A DNA stretch of 24,000 bases from Dubosiella muris (GCF_004793885.1 NZ_SRYG01000006.1:1971-25970); one strand, 5' to 3'. Counted from the first letter of the stretch, positions 14,477-21,349 are shown. Translations and numbers: made by a program. The notes: generated from the letters alone by a model not told the origin.

Positions 14477-14664
14477 TCAACCGCCTGCATGGCTACCATG
14501 TGCAATACAACATTGTTTCGAAGGCGACGCTGCTGGACGCGCAGGCCCATCCGGAAAAGCATCGGGATCTTATTGTCCGCGTGGCGGGATACAGCGCGTT
14601 TTTCAACGTGCTGTCGAAAAAGACGCAGGACGATATCATCGGGCGGACGAAGCAAACGTTATAA
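14470..14664 (+). pseudogene. 3-prime remnant of a glycyl-radical enzyme (PFL-like) gene: the C-terminal glycyl-radical domain only
   Basis: My manual translation gives [64 protein letters not shown]. The RVAGYSAFF glycyl-radical motif has its Gly codon at 14587-14589. There is no ATG or RBS, and in-frame stops lie at 14413 and 14452. Confidence 0.85.
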
Positions 14665-14667
14665 AAG

Positions 14668-14700
14668 AAAAAGCGTATCGTGGACGGGATACGCTTTTTT
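14668..14700. terminator. Bidirectional rho-independent terminator
   Basis: AAAAAGCGTATC (14668-14679) pairs with GATACGCTTTTT (14688-14699). It lies between the glycyl-radical remnant (+) and the PAS-REC gene (-). Confidence 0.8.
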
Positions 14701-14704
14701 GTCG

Positions 14705-16204
14705 TCAGGAAACGAGACAGTGGTGGATGGCTTGCTCGAGAATGTCCGGGTCGATTGGTTTGTCGAGATGGATGTCGATGCCGGCCTGGCGCGAGGCTTG
14801 TTTGTCGGCTTCCAGCGAGTTGGCGGACAAGGCGATTAGCGGAATGTGGCGCATCGCGGGGTTGTCGCGCATCGCCTTGGCGAGCTGCCAGCCGTTCATG
14901 TGCGGCATTTGAATATCGGTCACGACAAGATCGAAGCCGTTTGGATCGGCCACGAGGCGGCCGAGCGCCTGCAAGCCGTTTTCCGCTTCCTCGACTTGAA
15001 ATCCCATGTCCTGCAAGATTTCCGTTTCGATTTCCCGGTTGATTTCGTTGTCCTCCACGACGAGCAGCCGGATCGACGCTTTGGATAGCGGGTCCGGGGA
15101 CGAGGCCGGTTGGCCGGAATCCAGGACGCCATTCAAATGGCGGGAAGCGTTGGATAAAAACGCTTCTTTGACCCGGTTGGCGCGGCGGGCGGTTTCGAGC
15201 GCGTCGACGAGAATGTCGTTTTGGCGTCGCTCGTTTTCGACCGGATGGAGATGGATCACGACGCGTTCCACTGTTTTGGCGCCCGGCACGCTGTTGACGA
15301 CGCGCAACCGCATCGCCAGAGGGGGTTCGTGGATGGCGACCTGGTAGGTCAGCGTGAGTTCGGGCTTGCCGGCTAGAGCGGCGCGAATGGATTCCGGCGC
15401 GGTTTGCGCGAGAAACGCGGCCTGGTCCTGAGGAAGGATCCACTCTCTGGCGTAGTCGCGAAACAGGGCGTCGTACTTTGCGCTGGCGCCTTTGGGCAGC
15501 AGGGCGCCCATCCGGTCGCTGACGCGAAAGCCGTAAATGGTTTGGCGTTCCAGGTCGGCGTATAAAATCGAGTCGTAACGTTCGGAGAGCGTTTCGATGA
15601 CTTCGGCGTGCATGGTTTGCGCCTGATGAACGCGGCGCAGCCTCGCTTCGAGGCGCTCGATTTGCCGGATTTGTTTTTGCTCGCGTTCGACGCGTTCGGT
15701 GATGTCAGCGAGCGTGACGCAAACCAACGCGTCGCGGCCCGGCTCAAAAAGATCGGAGCGGCGCTCTTCGACCCATCGAACGCTTTGGCTTACCGGCCGG
15801 ATGCGGTAGGTAAGGGGTGTGGAAGACGCGGATGGGCGGATGACCTCGTTTCGGATCCGGGCGCGGTCTTCGAACGCAGCGATTTCGGAAAACGACCGGT
15901 TGACGTACGCCAGCCATTCGTCGAGGCTCGCGCATTCAAAGAGCTGGACGAGCGCTGGATTGGCGTACACGATTTCTTTTTGTTCGTCGTTTTTGAAAAC
16001 AAGAAGAGCGTCGGGTAGCCATCGGGCGAACGCGATAAATGAAAACGCGAGCGAAAACAAGGCTTGGCGCTCTGGCGACGGGGAGGCGATTTGGTCGCGC
16101 GACTGCATCGCGGACTCCCAGGATATAGAATGGACCGTCAAAAATTCGGCAAGCGCGGCAAGCGCCTGGCCAATCGACGGCGGAAAGTTTGACTGGTGTA
16201 TCAT
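14705..16204 (-). CDS. PAS / PAS-like sensor protein with an H-box stub and a C-terminal receiver domain (hybrid histidine kinase lacking DHp/CA)
   Basis: 499 aa. The N-terminal PAS-like region contains LLVFKNDEQKEIVYANPALVQLF. A coiled-coil follows (REQKQIRQIERLEARLRR). The H-box-like stub is ANRVKEAFLSNASRHLNGVLD. The REC domain reads IRLLVVEDNEINREI...DLVVTDIQMPHMNG...LSAN...DKP. Confidence 0.75.
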   Translation of the reverse strand: MIHQSNFPPSIGQALAALAEFLTVHSISWESAMQSRDQIASPSPERQALFSLAFSFIAFARWLPDALLVFKNDEQKEIVYANPALVQLFECASLDEWLAYVNRSFSEIAAFEDRARIRNEVIRPSASSTPLTYRIRPVSQSVRWVEERRSDLFEPGRDALVCVTLADITERVEREQKQIRQIERLEARLRRVHQAQTMHAEVIETLSERYDSILYADLERQTIYGFRVSDRMGALLPKGASAKYDALFRDYAREWILPQDQAAFLAQTAPESIRAALAGKPELTLTYQVAIHEPPLAMRLRVVNSVPGAKTVERVVIHLHPVENERRQNDILVDALETARRANRVKEAFLSNASRHLNGVLDSGQPASSPDPLSKASIRLLVVEDNEINREIETEILQDMGFQVEEAENGLQALGRLVADPNGFDLVVTDIQMPHMNGWQLAKAMRDNPAMRHIPLIALSANSLEADKQASRQAGIDIHLDKPIDPDILEQAIHHCLVS

Positions 16205-16352
16205 TGAAAAAACCTTTCTGCTCTAGAGAGAGGACTTTTTTGTCCTGTTTTTCATGATACCATTTTGCGGGAGGGCGAAAAAGCGGATTTTGAAAAAGAG
16301 AGGAAAAAAACGAGGATGTGACATCAAAATGGTTTATATTCCCTTAAATAAT

Positions 16353-16381
16353 TTGCATTATGCGAAGTTATCGCCTATAAT
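16353..16381 (+). promoter_or_regulatory. Sigma-A-type promoter of the HD-domain gene, possibly leaderless
   Basis: TTGCAT (16353-16358), 17 nt, TATAAT (16376-16381). Six nt separate the -10 from the ATG at 16388, and there is no Shine-Dalgarno. Confidence 0.55.
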
Positions 16382-16387
16382 AACGGC

Positions 16388-16870
16388 ATGAAAATGAGGA
16401 AAAAAGAAGAGTTTCAGAAAAAAATCCAGGCCCATGTCGAGCATTTTGAACAAAACGGCCGCTTTTTTCAACAGCACAATTATCCGCACCATAAACATGT
16501 GAGCGTGCATGAGCATGTGCGCCATGTCGCTTATACAGCGCTGAAAATCGCGCATTCCCTGAAAGTGAAAGTGGACGAGGACAAGCTGATTCGCGCTGCG
16601 CTGCTGCACGATTATTATTTATACGACTGGCATGACGACGAGGCGTGGCATAAGTTTCACGGGTTTAAGCATCCCCGCTTCGCCTGTGACAACGCGCATC
16701 GGGATTTTGGCCTTTGCGAACGGGAGCAGGACGCGATCCTGAAGCATATGTTTCCGCTGACGATCAAACCGCCAAAACACCGCGAAGGGTGGCTGATCAC
16801 GCTGGCGGACAAGATTTGCGCGTTCAAGGAATGCTGGATCAAAAACTGGAGCTACGAAACGACACGATAA
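16388..16870 (+). CDS. HD-domain metal-dependent phosphohydrolase
   Basis: 160 aa. The His...HD motif pattern is VHEHVRHVAYTALKIA ... AALLHDYYLYDWH ... LADKICA. The start may instead be 16394. Confidence 0.75.
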   Translation: MKMRKKEEFQKKIQAHVEHFEQNGRFFQQHNYPHHKHVSVHEHVRHVAYTALKIAHSLKVKVDEDKLIRAALLHDYYLYDWHDDEAWHKFHGFKHPRFACDNAHRDFGLCEREQDAILKHMFPLTIKPPKHREGWLITLADKICAFKECWIKNWSYETTR

Positions 16871-16877
16871 AACAAAG

Positions 16878-16909
16878 AAACGCAATCTTGATGGAGGTTG
16901 CGTTTTTTT
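16878..16909. terminator. Bidirectional rho-independent terminator
   Basis: AAACGCAA (16878-16885) pairs with TTGCGTTT (16898-16905) and is followed by a T7 run. The convergent gene ends at 16918. Confidence 0.75.
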
Positions 16910-16917
16910 GTGTGGCG

Positions 16918-17967
16918 CTATTTGATTTTGTGGATGAGCAGGCTCGAGAAAGCGTGAAAATCCGTTTGCGCGGACAGGCGGGTCATGAACTCCTCGTCGG
17001 AAAGCAAGCTGACAAGCGGTTCGTACACGTTCAGGAAGACGCGTTTGTCGACTTCGTTGATGGCGAGCAGAAAGACGGCGTACACTTTTTGCTCGTTGTT
17101 CCATAAGACCCCTTCCGGGCACAAGGCGACGCTGACCTTTGTTTCCCGGGCCGAGGAAACGAGTGGGTGCGGGATGGCGAAGCCGCCAAACGCGGTGGAA
17201 CACGCCTTTTCGCGTTCGAGTACGCTTTTTTCGAAATCCGACGCGACGATTTCCTTTTCGTTGAATCGGGCGCACATTTGATGAAGCAGCGCCTCTTTGC
17301 TCGTTTTGCGGACGACGGAAAAGAACGGTTCCTGGAAATATTCGAAAAAATGGTTTCGAATCATTTCCCCTTTTTTCCGCTCTTTGATTTTTAAGATTTT
17401 TTTGCTGAGCGCCTGCTGGGTGTATGGTGTCCAGATCGGCGAAAGCGATATGACTTTTTGGCTCGAAACGGTCGAGAGTGGAATCGTAGAAACGACAAGG
17501 TCGTAGCCGTCGTCCATGCCGCTTTGTTCCGAGGAAGCGACGTGCGGAATGTAAAGCTCGTCGGCGAATCGCGTAGAGAGCGTTTGCAGCAAATCGGACT
17601 GGAAGTTCAAATACGCCGGACAGACGAGCAAGGTTTTCAGTTTTTGGTTGAGCGCGTTCGACTGGTCGATCCAGGAGGAGATGTGGATCGCGAAAAAGGC
17701 GATTTCGTCTTCCGGCAGCAGGACTTGAAAGTTTTTTTTGTATTCGACGGCCATGACGATCGCCATTTCATAAATGGTCGGGCTGATTTGCCGGATACTT
17801 TCTTTCATCGGTTTTTTGATGAATCCGCCTGTTTGCGCGCGAATGTTCAAATTGTGCAAATGGCGCAAAAACAATTCCTTGACTTCTTCCCGGTTGAGGT
17901 CGACATGAAACCTTTTTTCCAGCAAATCCAAAATTTGACTCGTGAAACGAATGTTTTTTTGATCCAT
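16918..17967 (-). CDS. PRD / EIIB(Gat)-like / EIIA(Mtl)-like protein lacking any DNA-binding N-terminus (possibly a truncated LicR/MtlR-class regulator)
   Basis: It is a paralogue of the C-terminal two-thirds of the 4972-6870 product. Shared motifs are DEIAFFAIHISSWID, LLVCPAYLN, SVLEREK and GGFAIPHP. I chose the first ATG (17967). The ORF track extends to a TTG at 18123. Neither start has a Shine-Dalgarno. Confidence 0.55.
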   Translation of the reverse strand: MDQKNIRFTSQILDLLEKRFHVDLNREEVKELFLRHLHNLNIRAQTGGFIKKPMKESIRQISPTIYEMAIVMAVEYKKNFQVLLPEDEIAFFAIHISSWIDQSNALNQKLKTLLVCPAYLNFQSDLLQTLSTRFADELYIPHVASSEQSGMDDGYDLVVSTIPLSTVSSQKVISLSPIWTPYTQQALSKKILKIKERKKGEMIRNHFFEYFQEPFFSVVRKTSKEALLHQMCARFNEKEIVASDFEKSVLEREKACSTAFGGFAIPHPLVSSARETKVSVALCPEGVLWNNEQKVYAVFLLAINEVDKRVFLNVYEPLVSLLSDEEFMTRLSAQTDFHAFSSLLIHKIK

Positions 17968-18061
17968 TTCAAAGGAAGGCTCGCTGGCGCGAGATTCCGG
18001 ATTTTGACTATAAACAGGTTTGAGGGACGCCTTGAACCTTTTTTCGTATGTGGTGTTTCTT

Positions 18062-18090
18062 TTTACGTCGTCGGATCGTTTCGATATAAT
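18062..18090 (+). promoter_or_regulatory. Candidate promoter of the AmmeMemoRadiSam operon
   Basis: TTTACG (18062-18067), 17 nt, TATAAT (18085-18090). An AAGGAG RBS follows at 18098-18103. Confidence 0.45.
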
Positions 18091-18113
18091 CAAGAAAAAG
18101 GAGATGATGTTGT

Positions 18114-19505
18114 ATGCATCCAATCACAAACGCGATGGTCGTGCCCCATCCGCCTATCTTTTTGCCCAACATTGGACAAGGACGGGAAGCCCAGGCGCAG
18201 CCCATCCTCGACGCGTACCGGGCGGCCGCGCAAAAACTGATCGCCTCCCAACCGGAAACCGTGGTCATTGTTTCGCCGCACGCGCCAAGCTACTTCGACT
18301 ACATTCAAATTTCCAGCGGGAAGGAAGGCGTCGGCGATTTGCACGCTTTTGGCGATTCCATCGACCGCTTTCAAATCCGCTACGATACCGAACTCATTGA
18401 GGAAATCAGCGCGATGTGCCTTCAGGAGGATATGCCCGCCGGCACGCTAGGCAAGCAGGACGGCCTGCTCGACCACGGCACGATGGTGCCGCTCTATTTT
18501 TTGAAAGACTTGCCGGCGTCGACCCGGTTCATCCGGATCGGCATTGGCGGCGTCAACGCCCGCCTGCATTATCAGCTGGGTTCGATCGTTCAACGCGCGG
18601 CCGCGAAGCTGGGTCGACGCGTCGCTATTGTGGGATCGGGCGATTTGAGCCACTGCCAAAAGGAGGACGGCGCCTATGGCTTTAAAGCGTGCGGTCCCGT
18701 TTACGACGAGAATATGATGCGCGTCTTAAAAACCGGCAATTTTCTCGCCCTGCTTTCGATTCCCGAACGCGATTCCGACGAGGCGATGGTTTGCGGGCAG
18801 AAATCGTTTTGCGTGCTGGCCGGCGCGCTGGACGGACTCGCCGTCATGGCAAGCGAGGGAGCGCACGCGGCGCCGTTTGGCGTCGGCTATGGCGTCGTGT
18901 CTTACGCCCCGCTTGGCTTGGATCCGCTTCGGCACTTTTTAATAACCGCCAACGCGCAGGCGCGGGCAGACTACGAAGCTCGCGTCGCCCGGGAGGACGA
19001 CTACGTAAAGCTGGCGCGGACCACCATCAACAACGAAATCGAAAAGAACGAGTTGACACTGCCTTCCATGGATTTGCCCGAAAAACTGTTGAAGGAGCGC
19101 GCCGGGGTCTTCGTATCCATCCATGAAAACGGCCGGCTGCGCGGCTGCATCGGCACGACGAGTCCGACGCGCGAGTGCGTCGCCAGCGAAATCGTGAGCA
19201 ACGCCATCGCCGCGGCCACCCGCGATCCGCGTTTTCCAGCGATACAGCCCTGGGAGCTCGAATCGCTTGAGATCCATGTTGACGTCCTCGGTCCGGCGTC
19301 TCGAATCGACTCCTCCGATTCGCTCGATTCCAAGCGGTACGGTGTCATCGTGACGAAAGGAAACAAGCGCGGGCTGCTGCTGCCGGATCTGGAAGGCGTG
19401 GACACCGTGGAGATGCAGCTTTCCATCGCGAAACAAAAAGCGGGACTCGATCCAAACGAGCCGGATTGCGTGCTCGAACGCTTTGAGGTGGAGCGCCACA
19501 TATGA
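18114..19505 (+). CDS. Fusion protein: N-terminal Memo/LigB-superfamily (class III extradiol dioxygenase-like) domain plus C-terminal AMMECR1 domain (AmmeMemoRadiSam system protein A type)
   Basis: 463 aa. The N-terminal domain carries AMVVPHPPIF, VSPHAPS, LDHGTMVPL and GSGDLSHC. The C-terminal domain carries GVFVSIHENGRLRGCIGTT, AATRDPRFP and KRGLLLPD, which are AMMECR1 signatures. Confidence 0.8.
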   Translation: MHPITNAMVVPHPPIFLPNIGQGREAQAQPILDAYRAAAQKLIASQPETVVIVSPHAPSYFDYIQISSGKEGVGDLHAFGDSIDRFQIRYDTELIEEISAMCLQEDMPAGTLGKQDGLLDHGTMVPLYFLKDLPASTRFIRIGIGGVNARLHYQLGSIVQRAAAKLGRRVAIVGSGDLSHCQKEDGAYGFKACGPVYDENMMRVLKTGNFLALLSIPERDSDEAMVCGQKSFCVLAGALDGLAVMASEGAHAAPFGVGYGVVSYAPLGLDPLRHFLITANAQARADYEARVAREDDYVKLARTTINNEIEKNELTLPSMDLPEKLLKERAGVFVSIHENGRLRGCIGTTSPTRECVASEIVSNAIAAATRDPRFPAIQPWELESLEIHVDVLGPASRIDSSDSLDSKRYGVIVTKGNKRGLLLPDLEGVDTVEMQLSIAKQKAGLDPNEPDCVLERFEVERHI

Positions 19506-20317
19506 AATGCGAGACATGTTTTCGCCATTGCGCGCTTGCCGAAGGACAGATTGGCTGGTGCAAGGCGCGGCAGCGCGTCGGGGATGTGATCGTCGACCGC
19601 AACTACGGGAAGATCAGCGCGCTCGCGCTGGATCCGATCGAGAAAAAGCCACTGGCGTTTTTCCATCCCGGCTCGATGATTTTGTCGGTCGGCAGCTACG
19701 GATGCAATCTGGCGTGTCCGTTTTGTCAAAACCACGCAATCGCGCAACGCGATCTCGATGGATCCTGCGCCTGGGTGACACCCGAACAACTTGTGGAAAA
19801 AGCGGTTTCCCTCGTTCCGCGCGGCAACATCGGCATCGCCTTCACATACAACGAGCCAATGCTTTCGTGGGAGTTTATCCGCGATACCGGCCGGCTGGCC
19901 AAGGCGAGAGGCTTGCAGGTCGTCGTCGTGACCAACGGTAGCGTGACGCTTCCTGTTTTGGAAAAGGTGCTGCCGTATGTCGACGCGTTTAACATCGACT
20001 TGAAAGGCTTTTCCAACGCGTACTACGACTATGTGTCCGGGAATCTGGAAACCGTCAAACGATTCATTGAACGGGCGGCGACGGATGCGCACGTCGAGCT
20101 GACGACGCTTGTCGTGCCGGGAAAAAACGACAGCTTGGAGGAAATGGAGGCGCTCTCCAGCTTTGTGGCGTCGATTTCTCCGTCGATTCCGCTGCATTTG
20201 ACCCGATACTTTCCACGATGGAAAGAGGAAACGCCCGCGACGTCCATCGAAACGCTGCAAGCGCTTCAAGCGGTGGCCCTTCGGCATCTCGACAAGGTTG
20301 TGCTAGGAAATGTATGA
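19502..20317 (+). CDS. AmmeMemoRadiSam-system radical SAM enzyme (PFL-activase-like)
   Basis: 271 aa. The N-terminus is CETCFRHCALAEGQIGWC. DPIEKKPL is present. The CNLACPFCQN Cx3Cx2C cluster lies at 19703-19726. There is an ATGA overlap with the upstream gene. Confidence 0.85.
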   Translation: MKCETCFRHCALAEGQIGWCKARQRVGDVIVDRNYGKISALALDPIEKKPLAFFHPGSMILSVGSYGCNLACPFCQNHAIAQRDLDGSCAWVTPEQLVEKAVSLVPRGNIGIAFTYNEPMLSWEFIRDTGRLAKARGLQVVVVTNGSVTLPVLEKVLPYVDAFNIDLKGFSNAYYDYVSGNLETVKRFIERAATDAHVELTTLVVPGKNDSLEEMEALSSFVASISPSIPLHLTRYFPRWKEETPATSIETLQALQAVALRHLDKVVLGNV

Positions 20318-20326
20318 TGTTTTTCG

Positions 20327-20355
20327 TTGACAAGCCAGAGGAAGGATGGTAGGAT
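20327..20355 (+). promoter_or_regulatory. Sigma-A-type promoter of the siderophore-type ABC importer operon
   Basis: TTGACA (20327-20332), 17 nt, TAGGAT (20350-20355), with a TG at 20347-20348 (extended -10). Confidence 0.6.
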
Positions 20356-20365
20356 CATACCACTA

Positions 20366-20381
20366 GTTAGTTTAAACTAAC
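20366..20381. promoter_or_regulatory. Perfect 16-bp palindrome GTTAGTTTAAACTAAC between the -10 and the RBS (candidate repressor operator)
   Basis: GTTAGTTT is the reverse complement of AAACTAAC. The site lies about 10 nt downstream of the predicted -10 and 9 nt upstream of the AAGGAG RBS. Confidence 0.55.
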
Positions 20382-20401
20382 GATTGACGAAGGAGAAACA
20401 C

Positions 20402-21349
20402 ATGCGAGCATTGAAGAAAATAAAAAAGATAGGAATCGCCCTGGCGGCGGTTTTCTCTATCGCTTATATGAGCGGGTGCGCGAGTCGTCCGGCGGACGAA
20501 TCCGCCGCCGAAGAAACGAAAGTCGTGCAAACGGACAAGGGGGAGGTCGAGATCCCGGCCCATCCGCAGCGAATCGTTTCCGATTACTATTTGGGCGAGT
20601 TTCTGGCGGTGGACACCAAGCCGGTCATCGCCTCGCCGTACGCGCTGGACAATCCGTATTTGGCGGATCAAGTCGAAGGCATTGAACCGATGAATATCAC
20701 CAGCGCGGAAACCGCGCAGGAAATGATCGCGGCCGCTGAGCCGGATTTGATCGTGACGATTACCGAAGCGGATTACGAGAAATACTCGAAAATCGCACCG
20801 ACGGTGTACATCGAGGACGGAAAGCGCAGCGACGAGCAGCTGTTTCGCTATATCGCGCAACTTGTTGGCAAAGAAAAGGAAGCGGACGAATATTTGCGGA
20901 AATTCCACGAGAAAGTGGAAAAAACCAAGCCGGAAGTCCAGCAGGCGGTTGGCGACAAAACCGTTTCGATCGTGGAAGTGTGGCCGCAGCAAATTTACTC
21001 CATGGGCAGTCATTTCGCCCGGGGCGGAACGATTCTTTACGATTTGTGGGGACTGAAAGCGCCGGAAACCGTGCAAAAGGAAATGGTCGATGGGGACGAA
21101 GCGTACCAAGTCGTTTCGCTTGAAGCGCTGCCGGACTATACCGGGGACTATATTTTATACGGCGTCCTTTCGGACACGGATCCGGATTTTGTCACGGATT
21201 CGGCGATTTGGAACAACTTGCCGGCCGTACAGGCAAAGCGGGTGCTTCCGTATCGGCAAGTGGCGTTCATGCATCGGGATCCGATCTCGCTCAACGGCCA
21301 GCTCGATGAGCTGTACGCGTTTTTAACGGGCAAAGAGGTGCAGGAATGA
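20402..21349 (+). CDS. Iron-siderophore-type ABC transporter substrate-binding lipoprotein (FhuD/FeuA class)
   Basis: 315 aa counted from the ATG at 20402, which is preceded by AAGGAG. The signal peptide has the lipobox AYMSGC. It is followed by FecCD permeases. The TTG at 20384 in the ORF track is rejected. Confidence 0.8.
   Translation: MRALKKIKKIGIALAAVFSIAYMSGCASRPADESAAEETKVVQTDKGEVEIPAHPQRIVSDYYLGEFLAVDTKPVIASPYALDNPYLADQVEGIEPMNITSAETAQEMIAAAEPDLIVTITEADYEKYSKIAPTVYIEDGKRSDEQLFRYIAQLVGKEKEADEYLRKFHEKVEKTKPEVQQAVGDKTVSIVEVWPQQIYSMGSHFARGGTILYDLWGLKAPETVQKEMVDGDEAYQVVSLEALPDYTGDYILYGVLSDTDPDFVTDSAIWNNLPAVQAKRVLPYRQVAFMHRDPISLNGQLDELYAFLTGKEVQE

Noticed and set aside
14437-14478. The plus-strand frame reads [14 protein letters not shown], which resembles the GPTAV motif of glycyl-radical enzymes. 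That would suggest a longer GRE remnant.
   Set aside because: The same nucleotides read on the minus strand give [11 protein letters not shown], continuing into a much longer and more convincing DeoR C-domain signature (VDKFFIGVDGYD...VVTESEKF). The GRE motif would also be about 150 residues out of place. I treat it as a mirror-translation coincidence.
14500-14664. The glycyl-radical fragment might be a functional stand-alone GrcA/YfiD-like spare-part protein starting at the GTG at 14500.
   Set aside because: There is no ATG in frame and no Shine-Dalgarno before the GTG or CTG candidates. The product would be about 55 aa against about 127 aa for GrcA, and no promoter is evident. A remnant is the simpler reading, though expression data could overturn this.
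14493-15443. A 316-aa minus-strand ORF overlapping the PAS-REC gene in another frame. Similar ORFs occur at 14369-14912, 15373-16226, 16619-17275, 17458-18240, 20372-21109, 21393-22181, 21468-22065 and 22739-23188.
   Set aside because: All are alternative-frame or antisense ORFs inside genes with clear family signatures. Their translations are dominated by R, P, G, S and A runs, and none has an RBS. They are artefacts of high G+C.
16228-16252. A small hairpin, AGGAC-TTTTTT-GTCCT followed by GTTTTT, in the region upstream of the PAS-REC gene.
   Set aside because: The stem is only 5 bp. No plus-strand gene upstream needs termination there, so it is probably fortuitous.
19001-20287. A 428-aa ORF on the minus strand, the longest uncharacterised ORF in the track.
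   Set aside because: It runs antisense to two well-supported genes (the AMMECR1 fusion and the radical SAM enzyme). It is Arg/Ser/Pro-rich and low-complexity with no recognisable motifs. This is typical of spurious open frames in GC-rich coding DNA.
20318-20401. I looked for a Fur box upstream of the iron-siderophore-type importer.
   Set aside because: By eye there is no GATAAT/ATTATC-type repeat. Only the unrelated GTTAGTTTAAACTAAC palindrome is present, and it is reported as a finding instead.
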